Source: Myxococcota bacterium
GTDB taxonomy: Bacteria; Myxococcota_C; UBA6777
Direction: 5' to 3'
Assembly (NCBI GenBank): GCA_023150835.1
Contig: JAKLKB010000017.1
Location: forward strand, 1-64,000
Length of the DNA: 64,000 bases
Shown here: positions 20,101-29,904 of the stretch, piece after piece
Layout of the letters: each line of letters opens with the position of its first letter
How positions within the stretch are numbered: the stretch's first letter is position 1
The notes under the pieces: model-generated
Told to the model about the DNA's origin: nothing
The model's database searches: none
Seen by the model: the letters and a program-made list of their open reading frames with translations, nothing else
Program-made: the position numbers and the translations under genes

Positions 20101-22768
20101 CAAGACGGGTGGCTTTGACGATCTCGTTCCAGATATCTTGAGGGGTGTGGATGTGTGGTCGCCATTGGCGGATGCGCTCGCCGTTTGGAAGTGTGCGATA
20201 TTTGGCTTTGTAATGGATCACATTTTCAAACATCGAGATCGGAGCGGGATCGATGGCGCTTTCGGCGCGTCCGAGTTTTCCGACCACTTGCTCGACTTCG
20301 GGGATCGCACGCACCGCGATATCCAGCTTTTTGAGCACATCCAACACTTCACCCATCGAAGCATGCGGCATCGTCGTTGGCATCAACAAAAACGAGCCTT
20401 CGTCGAGGTTGGGCATGAATTCTTTCTTGAGTCCGGGGAATATCTCATGGCGCAGACTTACCCACCAAGGATGCGAACGCAGCGTCTGTTCGGGCACACC
20501 AAGGCGCGCCATCGCCGACGGAAGCCAGCCAAATATCTGCTCAAACCCAAGCCACACGTTCGCACCAAACAGCACCAACATCAGCGGCATACTGAGAAAC
20601 AGCAGTTTGTGACGCAAGAAAAACCGCAGCAGCGACGCATAGAAGCGCTTGAAGATCTCAAAAAAGCCGATCAATCCGCTGATTAGGATGCCCACAAAGA
20701 TCGCGTTTCGCCAAAATCCCCGTTGTTCTTCGAGCGGCATCCAAGCCCTCGCCAGCCACAGCACCACCAAGACCGCGACCGCCCACTGACCGACTCGGTA
20801 GACGCGCTGCTTGCCTGCATCATCCAGAAACCGCAGCAACAGCCGCATCGCTCCATAGCCCACCACCAAAAGCCCCAACCAACGCCCCCATCCCACCGAA
20901 AGATATCGCACCAAACCCCACCCGCTCACCACAAACAACACGTCCACCAACACTCCCGCGAGCAGGGCGTTTCGCGGTGTTTTGTCTGATGTGGGCTGTT
21001 TCTTTTTCAACCACAACAACGCCAACGGCGGGATCAAGGTCAAAGCCACCACCAACGACGCAAACAGCGCAAAGGTCTTGGTCCACGCAAGCGGTCGAAA
21101 CAGCTTGCCTTCCGCAGCTTCCATCGTAAACACAGGCAAAAAGCTGACGATGGTGGTACTTACGGCGGTGAGTACAGCCCCTGCGACTTCGGAGGTGGCT
21201 TGGAAGACGGTGGTGAGGGGAGGTTCGTCGGGCGGAGCTTCCTCGAAGGATTGATAGATCTGCTCGCTCAAGACGATGCCCATATCCACCATCGTTCCGA
21301 TCGCGATGGCGATCCCCGAGAGGGCGACGATATTGGCATCCACCCCAAACTCTTTCATCGCGATAAAGCAGATCAACACCGCGATCGGCAGCGTTCCCGC
21401 GATCAAGAGCGCGCTGCGTAAGTGCATCAACATCAAGATCACCACGATGATCGTGATCAACACTTCCAGCGTGATGGCTTCTTCGAGTGTTCCGAGGGTT
21501 TCGTGGATCAGCTTGGAGCGGTCGTAGAAAGGAACGAGGGTTAGCTTCGAGATCCTTCCATCGCCGAGCTGTTTTTGCGGAAGGCCGAGCGATATCTCCT
21601 TGATCTTGGCTTTGATCTGCTGGATCACCGCGAGCGGATTCGCTCCATAACGGGCCACCACCACGCCGCCCACAGCTTCGGCTCCATCCTTGTCGAGCGC
21701 ACCGCGCCTTGGGGCCGGACCCATCGCGATCCGTGCGATATCTCGTAGATACAACGGCGCTCCCTGACGCGCTCGCACCACCACTTCCTCAAGATCCTGC
21801 ACCTTCTTGAGATATCCCCGCGCTCGGATCACATACTCCACACGATTGATCTCGATCGTTCGCGCTCCGATCTCTTGGTTCGAGGCTTGGACTGCCCGAT
21901 AGATCCCTTCAAGCGTTAAGCCGTAGACGCGGAGCTTTTCGGGATCCACATCGATCTGGTACTCTTGCACAAATCCCCCGATCGACGCCACTTCTGAAAC
22001 CCCCGCCACCGATTGAAGCGCATAACGCACATACCAATCCTGTACCTTTCGCAGCGTATGAAGATCCCAACCCCCCGCAGGTCGGCCCTTGGCGTCTCGA
22101 CCTTCGATCGTGTACCAAAAGATCTGCCCCAACCCCGTTGCATCGGGTCCAAGCACAGGCTTGGCATCGCTCGGAAGCGTGTTGTTGGGCAGACTGTTGA
22201 GCTTTTCGAGGATGCGCGAACGGCTGTCATAAAAGGCCGCTTTTTCTTCAAAGATCAAGTAGATCGTTGAAAAGCCAAAGTCTGAATAACTGCGGATCGT
22301 CTGTAGATGCGGAAGGCCCATCAAGGCCGTCGTCAGCGGATAGGTGATCTGATCTTCCACGTCTTGCGGTGAACGCCCTTCCCATCGGGTGAATACGATC
22401 TGTTGGTTCTCCCCAAGATCCGGCAGCGCATCCACCGCAACAGGATCCCGTGGTAGCCCCCCCAACCGCCAATCAAAGGGCGCAACATACGCCCCCCACG
22501 CCACAAACAACCACAACAACAACATCACCACCAGCTTGTTGTGCAAACAAAACGATATCATCGGATCCAACCAAGATCCCCCATACACGGGCGATCTTGA
22601 CGGCGACTTGTCCATCCCTGTGGCGGGGTTCAAAAAGTCTTGTTGTGTAGGTACGTCTTGCTGTGTAGGTAAGCCTTGCTGTGTAGCATGTGGGGGCTGT
22701 CCCCTGTGGCTGTCCAACGATGCAAAGTCTTGCTGTGTAGGTGAGCCGTCTGGGCGTTTCGGTGTCAT
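17177..22768 (-). CDS. cusA: CusA-type heavy-metal RND permease fused in frame to a C-terminal TolC/OEP domain
   Basis: VDALPDLGENQQIV, LGPDATGLG, IAIAIGTMVD and RIRACLMT motifs. After TM12 the frame continues about 560 aa with OEP-like repeats (AGAWPDL, AQYWPEI, YQVGKEDF). ATG overlaps the cusB stop (ATGA). Confidence 0.85.
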   Translation of the reverse strand: MTPKRPDGSPTQQDFASLDSHRGQPPHATQQGLPTQQDVPTQQDFLNPATGMDKSPSRSPVYGGSWLDPMISFCLHNKLVVMLLLWLFVAWGAYVAPFDWRLGGLPRDPVAVDALPDLGENQQIVFTRWEGRSPQDVEDQITYPLTTALMGLPHLQTIRSYSDFGFSTIYLIFEEKAAFYDSRSRILEKLNSLPNNTLPSDAKPVLGPDATGLGQIFWYTIEGRDAKGRPAGGWDLHTLRKVQDWYVRYALQSVAGVSEVASIGGFVQEYQIDVDPEKLRVYGLTLEGIYRAVQASNQEIGARTIEINRVEYVIRARGYLKKVQDLEEVVVRARQGAPLYLRDIARIAMGPAPRRGALDKDGAEAVGGVVVARYGANPLAVIQQIKAKIKEISLGLPQKQLGDGRISKLTLVPFYDRSKLIHETLGTLEEAITLEVLITIIVVILMLMHLRSALLIAGTLPIAVLICFIAMKEFGVDANIVALSGIAIAIGTMVDMGIVLSEQIYQSFEEAPPDEPPLTTVFQATSEVAGAVLTAVSTTIVSFLPVFTMEAAEGKLFRPLAWTKTFALFASLVVALTLIPPLALLWLKKKQPTSDKTPRNALLAGVLVDVLFVVSGWGLVRYLSVGWGRWLGLLVVGYGAMRLLLRFLDDAGKQRVYRVGQWAVAVLVVLWLARAWMPLEEQRGFWRNAIFVGILISGLIGFFEIFKRFYASLLRFFLRHKLLFLSMPLMLVLFGANVWLGFEQIFGWLPSAMARLGVPEQTLRSHPWWVSLRHEIFPGLKKEFMPNLDEGSFLLMPTTMPHASMGEVLDVLKKLDIAVRAIPEVEQVVGKLGRAESAIDPAPISMFENVIHYKAKYRTLPNGERIRQWRPHIHTPQDIWNEIVKATRLAGTTSAPLLQPIGARIVMLQSGMRAPMGVKIKAPDLRTLERVALQVEGFLKKVPQISPATVIADRVVGKPYLEFIIDRRAIARYGLQVADVQRTLQMAIGGMKVTTTVEGRERYNVVLRYPRELRNSPDALRRIMIASPTGTQIPIFQLAQIRYTRGPQMIKSEDTFLVAYVIFDRNPSYGEIETVEAAQAYLRSQRDTGQWKLPAGVSYVFAGTYQNQIRAEKRLLVILPLSLFLIFLLLYLQFRQTSTTLFVFLGIGVAWSGGFLMLWLYAQPWFLDFSVFGAPMREVFHIQAFQMSIAVWVGFIALFGIASDDGVVIATYLDQSFQSKAPQSIDEIREITVAAGQRRIRACLMTTATTLLALLPVLSSSGRGSDIMIPMAIPSFGGMFIELLTLFLVPVLYCWREERRYRRHTQAPALSAASPVLRTSVSVALLMLWLGWPSSLQAASVQPEDAPFPTPPRVFVALPTFADLWAQTASHNPTLQRIRSQFAVAAARIKQAGAWPDLEIGIQANNFPLPNFRPNMMTGIQYSIGQKFPILGRLAAQKAIAQAELHKLHFLLQESQTKIAYELREHLLALFDLRLQWHLRRELYQITQQIAAVARTRYAASTSRKQDLLLALLQLAQLQQEALQIQRQAQRRLLQIQRLTSPAPSTTARYSQTTAASTAAAPSARTTAASTAARYSQTTASSTAAAPSARTTASSTAAAPSARTTASSTAAVPSARTTASSTITPPTAAAFNPTASTIGASVLSETQVATQPVTSNLLLARWARALKLPMVFPKDQAVAWEEVLRSRPMLRYWHSDALQAKQLKDLAQAQYWPEIMLRLTIQQRFENSADQGEPFLSFGIQIPLPTWGNSARQGLAEEATARFVTAQKRLRELLSDLRQQLSDTFQESRNLREQQQLTNTQLLPLALQTYQASLASYQVGKEDFSNLLGHLKRYLSIRLQSQRLDIALLTQHARLIALQGKPL
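17880..18135 (-). repeat. Intragenic 39/30-bp tandem repeats encoding TTASSTAAAPSAR
   Basis: Repeated GGCGGTGGAAGAGGCGGTGGTTCGGGCAGATGG units on the + strand, inside the TolC domain. Confidence 0.85.
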
Positions 22769-24780
22769 CGATCCACCCCATGTTTCCGATGTTTCGGACG
22801 ATGCGTCGGTGATGCTTCGATGCGGCGTTTCATCTCTCCGCAGCGCAGCATCTGTGCGCCAAAATAGGGGTTTAAGATGCCTTCTTGATCTTGGAGCCAC
22901 GAAGCGCCTGTATCTTGGAAGGCCATCGGGCAATAGGCGAGATAGACGGCTTGGGGGGCTTCATGCCCGATCGCTTCTTGAAGTTGGAGCACCGCTTTGG
23001 AGATCAGGTCGAAGCCTTGTCGAAGCGTTGCGATATCTTTGGGGGCGTATCGTTGGAAAGCATCGATCAATCGGGCGCGTAAAGCGTCCCATCTTGCGGC
23101 CTCGTCGCCTCGCAGCGGACGTGGTGTTTGAGCCAAGGCACGAAGCGCCTCCGCAGCCTTTTTCGATGCCTCGAACTGATCTGCCGCCAAAGCCCGCCAA
23201 AGAGCGAAATAATGGTTGTACAAGCGCGCTTGTTCTTTTCGTAAGGCTGCGCTGACCGTCTTTGTGGTGCGCGTGCCGCTTGGGTGATCCGCTTCTTTTG
23301 GTGGATCTTCCGCTGCTTTGGGCATCTGCATCATGCTCGGACGGGCTTGGATCTGTAGCTCGCTGTCTAGCTTGAAGGCTCCGTTGGAAACGACTTCTTC
23401 TCCCTCGCGCAATCCCCCAAGTACCACCGTATGGGTCTCTGTTCGCGGCCCAAGCTGGATCTCTCGACCCACGAACGTCCCCTCCGCTTTTCCCGGCTTT
23501 CGCACATACACGACCGCCCGCTTTCCTGTCCACAAGGCTGCTTCATTTGGGATCACCAACGGATCCAAGTGATCGATGTGTGTGGTTTTGACCGTCGACT
23601 GGCGTTCGAGGGGCATTCCACAGATCGAGCAATGGATACGGCGTGCGCTTGTGATCTCGGGGTGCATCGGGCAGATCCAACGCCCCAACGCAGCGGGAGG
23701 ACGGGCGTGTCCGTGTGCGTTCAATGCGATGTGCAATCGGCCATCCACAAACATCTCTGGTTTGAGCCGCCCGTGTGGGTTGGTGACGTTGGCGCGGATG
23801 CGGATGGTGCGTGTCGTCGGATTGAGCGTCGGGTCCACATACACGATCCGCCCCCGAAAGCGTTGATCTGGGGCGGCCATCGTTCCAAAATCCACCTCTT
23901 GTCCCACGCGAATCCTCGGCATATCCCGCTCGTACACATCGAACATCACCCATACTTCCGACAGATCCGCGATGGTATATAGCGGGCTTCCTGTCGTGAC
24001 GTACATCCCCTCCAAGGCTTTCTTCTCGATCACGATCCCGCCAAGCGGCGCGTACACGTTGATATGCGTCGAAGCTACCCGCTTTTGCTCGATCTGTTGG
24101 ATCTGCCATCCCTTCAATCCCATCAGTTCGAGCTTTTGACGCGCTGACTCAAGGCTGCCTTGGGCCGCCTGACGCAAGATCCCTTCTTGCCCTCGCAGCC
24201 GCTGTAAGGTTATCAACGCTTGCAAAAGCTCTTGTTGTGTCGCCAAAAGTTCCGGACTATACAGCCGCACAAGGTGATCTCCCTTTCGTACCCGCACGCC
24301 CGTATAATCTACAAACATCCGTTCCAATCGACCCGCCACCCATGCTGTGATCGTCTTGATCCGCGTCTCGTCATAAGCGATCCGCCCCGTCATCCGAATC
24401 GCTAGGCTCAAGGGCCGCCGTTGCACCGCGATCGTCTGGATATCCATCAGCGCCCTCGCCGACTTGGACAACTTCAACTCTCGCGGATCTTTCGCTTCCC
24501 CATCGCCTTGTTGCAGCGGGATCAGATCCATAAAGCAGATCGGGCATTTCCCTTTCTGCGGCAGTTTGAATTGTGGGTGCATCGAACACGTCCACGTTGT
24601 CGGCCTCTCCACTCCCACCGCTGTCTCAGCCTTTTGGCGCAGCACGTTTGGCGCAGGCGACCATAGGCTCCGAAACAACACCCCCAACAAAAACAACACC
24701 GCCCCGATCTTGACTTGTTTCACAAGGTTTTCCCACTTCGATCCAGAAGGCTCTGCCGGCGGATGCTCCGATGCGTTCAT
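22765..24780 (-). CDS. cusB: CusB-type periplasmic adaptor with two heavy-metal-binding domains and a C-terminal DUF3347-like domain
   Basis: WTCSMHP..CPICFMDL and WICPMHP..CSICGMPL; MFP core (GRLKPEMF); YCPMAF..GASWLQ..NPYFG..MLRCG. Confidence 0.9.
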   Translation of the reverse strand: MNASEHPPAEPSGSKWENLVKQVKIGAVLFLLGVLFRSLWSPAPNVLRQKAETAVGVERPTTWTCSMHPQFKLPQKGKCPICFMDLIPLQQGDGEAKDPRELKLSKSARALMDIQTIAVQRRPLSLAIRMTGRIAYDETRIKTITAWVAGRLERMFVDYTGVRVRKGDHLVRLYSPELLATQQELLQALITLQRLRGQEGILRQAAQGSLESARQKLELMGLKGWQIQQIEQKRVASTHINVYAPLGGIVIEKKALEGMYVTTGSPLYTIADLSEVWVMFDVYERDMPRIRVGQEVDFGTMAAPDQRFRGRIVYVDPTLNPTTRTIRIRANVTNPHGRLKPEMFVDGRLHIALNAHGHARPPAALGRWICPMHPEITSARRIHCSICGMPLERQSTVKTTHIDHLDPLVIPNEAALWTGKRAVVYVRKPGKAEGTFVGREIQLGPRTETHTVVLGGLREGEEVVSNGAFKLDSELQIQARPSMMQMPKAAEDPPKEADHPSGTRTTKTVSAALRKEQARLYNHYFALWRALAADQFEASKKAAEALRALAQTPRPLRGDEAARWDALRARLIDAFQRYAPKDIATLRQGFDLISKAVLQLQEAIGHEAPQAVYLAYCPMAFQDTGASWLQDQEGILNPYFGAQMLRCGEMKRRIEASPTHRPKHRKHGVDR

Positions 24781-24892
24781 GATTTATCCTTTCTTCTCAG
24801 CCAATTATCGGACATCAAAGATGCCCCGCACTCTGCCCGAAAGGATACACCCTCTAGCCCACAACAAGGTCAAGAGGTTTCGTTCTGCCGTG

Positions 24893-25011
24893 ATTGGTTG
24901 GTTCGCTTTTGTGGGGTTCGCTTGTTGGTTGGTTCGCTTTTGTGGGGTTCGCTTGTTGGTTGGTTCGCTTTTGTGGGGTTCGCTTGTTGGTTGGTTCGCT
25001 TTTGTGGGGTT
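24893..25011. repeat. Tandem repeat, 31 bp x ~4, running into the left end of element copy D
   Basis: TTGGTTGGTTCGCTTTTGTGGGGTTCGCTTG repeated. Confidence 0.88.
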
Positions 25012-25122
25012 CCACCCCACGCCCCGCAAGGGAACTGCGTCCCCTTGACCCCATGTTGGCGGAACGAACAGGCGTTTTCAAAACAACGTCTGCACCGCTT
25101 GAACGTCCGCGAACACGGGGGG
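25000..25122 (+). repeat. Dispersed element, copy D, abutting the CRISPR trailer end
   Basis: TGGGGTTCCACCCCA..AAGGG..CCCCTTGACCCC..TTTTCAAAACAAC..CGCTTGAACGTCCGCGAACACGGGG. Confidence 0.8.
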
Positions 25123-25186
25123 CGAATGGCTCTGGATAGATCGGGGGGGAATCTTATGATGATAGCCTGTTTTTTTTTGTAGCAAG

Positions 25187-28100
25187 GTTTCAAACCTTGT
25201 TTTGCTGGATAGATCGGGGGGAACGATTGGTTCAGTCCCGCGCTCTGCGGGGCAAGACCCGTTTCAAACCTTGTTTTGCTGGATAGATCGGGGGGAACTG
25301 CGCTATCGCTACGGTGATGTACGGTTTGTTCGGTTTCAAACCTTGTTTTGCTGGATAGATCGGGGGGAACCGTTCCGAAAGAGGAAGAGGCCGACGAAAT
25401 CGTCGCGTTTCAAACCTTGTTTTGCTGGATAGATCGGGGGGAACGGGTATGCGGATCATGGTTCGACTCGCTTTCGGTAGTTTCAAACCTTGTTTTGCTG
25501 GATAGATCGGGGGGAACACAGCGAAGCGTTGGCGCTATACGACGAAAGCGATTGTTTCAAACCTTGTTTTGCTGGATAGATCGGGGGGAACCATCGTTAC
25601 GGCTTGGAATCCTCTTGATGTAGCCGTGTTTCAAACCTTGTTTTGCTGGATAGATCGGGGGGAACGCTATACCTCAGACGATGTAATGCTCGAAGTGGAG
25701 TTTCAAACCTTGTTTTGCTGGATAGATCGGGGGGAACACGAATGACGAGTGGGTGCTTTGTCGGGAGACGAGGTTTCAAACCTTGTTTTGCTGGATAGAT
25801 CGGGGGGAACCATCTATGCCTAGCCCGATCATGAAATACTTTGCTTAGTTTCAAACCTTGTTTTGCTGGATAGATCGGGGGGAACCGCCGCCCATGAAGC
25901 GGTGATTGAAGAGAACGGTAGGTTTCAAACCTTGTTTTGCTGGATAGATCGGGGGGAACAGATCCGAACCCTTCCGCTCGCCGCGCTGATTCCAGGTTTC
26001 AAACCTTGTTTTGCTGGATAGATCGGGGGGAACTGCTTTTCCTTGGGCGCATCGAGGCGGCGTCTCTCGGTTTCAAACCTTGTTTTGCTGGATAGATCGG
26101 GGGGAACCGAAGATCACGCGGGTTGACGGCCCACACAGCTTTGGTTTCAAACCTTGTTTTGCTGGATAGATCGGGGGGAACAGAACGTCTTGATGTTCTG
26201 CCGCACAGAAGGCAAAGTTTCAAACCTTGTTTTGCTGGATAGATCGGGGGGAACCGTCCGTTGAGCGCCATCTTCGGGTACTCCTGTGTCGTTTCAAACC
26301 TTGTTTTGCTGGATAGATCGGGGGGAACTGTCGCTGCGAATACGAACGGATCGTCTGTGTATTGTTTCAAACCTTGTTTTGCTGGATAGATCGGGGGGAA
26401 CAAAAAAATCCTGCGCTCCGCTGGAGCCGTGAGATGGTTTCAAACCTTGTTTTGCTGGATAGATCGGGGGGAACGGGTGCGCTTTTGGCTTTGGGCCAAC
26501 GCGCCCCCCAAGTTTCAAACCTTGTTTTGCTGGATAGATCGGGGGGAACTTCTTTTACCTCTAAGCCGTACAGCTTCGAGCGGGGTTTCAAACCTTGTTT
26601 TGCTGGATAGATCGGGGGGAACTCGTGATCTCGCTCGAAAGCTCCGAGTATCCCGAAGCGTTTCAAACCTTGTTTTGCTGGATAGATCGGGGGGAACCAT
26701 GTCAAACATCGTCAAGAGCAACGCCATCGTCCGTTTCAAACCTTGTTTTGCTGGATAGATCGGGGGGAACTTCCTCTCGGTCTCCAACACCTACGCGGGA
26801 ATCGCGGTTTCAAACCTTGTTTTGCTGGATAGATCGGGGGGAACATAACGCGGCCCTCGCAGCCGTAGCAGCCGATTTTTTGTTTCAAACCTTGTTTTGC
26901 TGGATAGATCGGGGGGAACCCGCCGAACTGATGCGCGCATGGATCGCGCAGTCCATGTTTCAAACCTTGTTTTGCTGGATAGATCGGGGGGAACTAAACG
27001 CTGAATTGCGTTCACAAGCCAAACATTGTGTTTCAAACCTTGTTTTGCTGGATAGATCGGGGGGAACCTAGCGCTTGAGGCCTCACTTCCTGACGCTTGC
27101 GAGTTTCAAACCTTGTTTTGCTGGATAGATCGGGGGGAACCGTACCTAAACCGCCTAGCCTGTTCAGGTTTTCGCGTTTCAAACCTTGTTTTGCTGGATA
27201 GATCGGGGGGAACGAGGTCAAGAAGTTGTCGGGGTTGTTGGTCGTTGAGGTTTCAAACCTTGTTTTGCTGGATAGATCGGGGGGAACGTCGATGAACTCG
27301 TTGGGCGTGGCTTTTGCGAGACGTTTCAAACCTTGTTTTGCTGGATAGATCGGGGGGAACTGGATGCTTCCACGGACAAAGCAGACAGCGAAGAATAGTT
27401 TCAAACCTTGTTTTGCTGGATAGATCGGGGGGAACGCATATAGGGCGATTACTGGTGTTCGCAGCTAGCGTTTCAAACCTTGTTTTGCTGGATAGATCGG
27501 GGGGAACTATCCGAACCGCCCCCATCTCCCATCCCCCCACCTGTTTCAAACCTTGTTTTGCTGGATAGATCGGGGGGAACACGGGTGGGGGCGTGGACGT
27601 CGGGAAGTTTTTTCTCGGTTTCAAACCTTGTTTTGCTGGATAGATCGGGGGGAACGCTAGATCTTTTCGGGGTGGTGAGCGCATGAACATGTTTCAAACC
27701 TTGTTTTGCTGGATAGATCGGGGGGAACGTCCATTGCCATACGAAAGTACGCTCCCTCCCCCTGGTTTCAAACCTTGTTTTGCTGGATAGATCGGGGGGA
27801 ACCAACGGGATATTGAGGCCGAGAGATTCGTCGAGATGTTTCAAACCTTGTTTTGCTGGATAGATCGGGGGGAACGTGGACGCAACAGGTTGGTGGTATG
27901 TGTACCTGACAGTTTCAAACCTTGTTTTGCTGGATAGATCGGGGGGAACATATGGACGGCGATGGGCTTGCAGATGACGACGTCGTTTCAAACCTTGTTT
28001 TGCTGGATAGATCGGGGGGAACCGAGGATAGCGGCTTGTGGTGTCGGTGTCGGAGCTGGTTTCAAACCTTGTTTTGCTGGATAGATCGGGGGGAACGCCT

Positions 28101-29350
28101 TGGCTTTTCACGAAAGCGCCAGAGTTAGCGTGTTTCAAACCTTGTTTTGCTGGATAGATCGGGGGGAACCGCCTTGGCTTTTCACGAAAGCGCCAGAGTT
28201 AGCGTGTTTCAAACCTTGTTTTGCTGGATAGATCGGGGGGAACACGTACAGAAAGCCCGATACGAGGAGTTTGAGTCGGGTTTCAAACCTTGTTTTGCTG
28301 GATAGATCGGGGGGAACGGGCTTCTTGGCGTGTCAGGTTGTTCCAGTTGCCCGTTTCAAACCTTGTTTTGCTGGATAGATCGGGGGGAACTTGCGAGAGG
28401 TAGCCTTTTTTTGCTGCCTCAAGATTCGGTTTCAAACCTTGTTTTGCTGGATAGATCGGGGGGAACGATACCATCGGTTCAGCTCAAGGGGCTTGGACGG
28501 ATGTTTCAAACCTTGTTTTGCTGGATAGATCGGGGGGAACGCGCGCCAAATGGGAGTGACTCGTCGCTGCAACTCTGTTTCAAACCTTGTTTTGCTGGAT
28601 AGATCGGGGGGAACTCTGTGACTGCGGGTGTCGCATGAACCACCATATCAGGTTTCAAACCTTGTTTTGCTGGATAGATCGGGGGGAACTTTACGCGGGA
28701 AATTCAACCCCGTGCATTAGTGCTAAGTTTCAAACCTTGTTTTGCTGGATAGATCGGGGGGAACCAGCTTAATGCTACTTTTTGGGAATGGTTGAACGCG
28801 TTTCAAACCTTGTTTTGCTGGATAGATCGGGGGGAACAACCTTTTAAAGGTTGTCCACGAAAGTCCTTTGCAGTTTCAAACCTTGTTTTGCTGGATAGAT
28901 CGGGGGGAACTTGTGATATAGGCGCTTGTGGCGACAGACTGATCTTGTTTCAAACCTTGTTTTGCTGGATAGATCGGGGGGAACAATGAGCGAAGTTAGC
29001 GAATCGTCCGCCTTTTTCGTGTTTCAAACCTTGTTTTGCTGGATAGATCGGGGGGAACGCTGGATGTGCCACCCCCAGATGTCTGCGGTTTTTGCGTTTC
29101 AAACCTTGTTTTGCTGGATAGATCGGGGGGAACCCGATAGCTTCGTCTGCCGTCTCTTGATCTACGTGTTTCAAACCTTGTTTTGCTGGATAGATCGGGG
29201 GGAACGAGCGTTTGGATATCTGCGCGTTGATCTCTCGAAGTTTCAAACCTTGTTTTGCTGGATAGATCGGGGGGAACTAGGGTTGGCCATGTCGAAAGAG
29301 CGCGCCATCGCGGTTTCAAACCTTGTTTTGCTGGATAGATCGGGGGGAAC
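25187..29350 (-). CRISPR. CRISPR array, about 57 identical 38-nt repeats and 56 spacers of 34-38 nt
   Basis: Repeat GTTCCCCCCGATCTATCCAGCAAAACAAGGTTTGAAAC on the minus strand. A truncated degenerate repeat at 25132-25151 marks the trailer; the AT-rich leader is on the cas side. Count made by hand. Confidence 0.98.
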
Positions 29351-29535
29351 CCCAGAATCGACGTATCTGTTTTGTTTCACACATTGTTTTGCTGTTTTCT
29401 CAGAGCCTTGTTTTGTTGGATGTGGGTTAGTGAACGGATTTATTCTTTTGTAAAAGAACGGATCCAGAGACTATCTAAATCGCCGATTTTATAAAAGAAT
29501 AGCAAATCCATTTGGATCTGTCAAATAATTTTTCA
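29351..29535 (-). promoter_or_regulatory. CRISPR leader
   Basis: AT-rich non-coding DNA next to the first repeat, on the same side and strand as cas1-cas2-cas4. Confidence 0.75.
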
Positions 29536-29880
29536 CCAGAGAGAAGTTGCTTAGAAGTGGCAGGCGAGGAAGGAAACAGAGAGAGAAGTCGCCTCGAAGC
29601 GGCAGGCGAGGAAGGAAACAGAGAGAGAAGTTGCTTAGAAGCGGCAGGCGAGGAAGGAAACAGAGAGAGAAGTTGCTTAGAAGCGGCAGGCGAGGAAGGA
29701 AACAGAGAGAGAAGTCGCCTCGAAGCGGCAGGCGAGGAAGGAAACAGAGAGAGAAGTCGCCTCGAAGCGGCAGGCGAGGAAGGAAACAGAGAGAGAAGTT
29801 GCTTAGAAGCGGCAGGCGAGGAAGAAAACAGAGAGAGAAGTCGCCTCGAAGCGGCAGGCGAGGAAAAAAACAGAGAGAAG
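29536..29880. repeat. Tandem repeat, 42 bp x ~8, two unit variants
   Basis: CAGAGAGAGAAGT(TGCTTA/CGCCTC)GAAGCGGCAGGCGAGGAAGGAAA. Confidence 0.92.
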
Positions 29881-29904
29881 CCCAACAAGCCGCCCAACGT
29901 CGCG

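Noticed and set aside
25187-29350. Self-targeting spacers
   Set aside because: I noticed no spacer match within the window by eye, but this cannot be excluded without a search.
25200-29453. Many ORFs within the CRISPR array
   Set aside because: They are translations of repeat-spacer units (FPPIYPAKQGLK, VSNLVLLDRSGGT), not genes.
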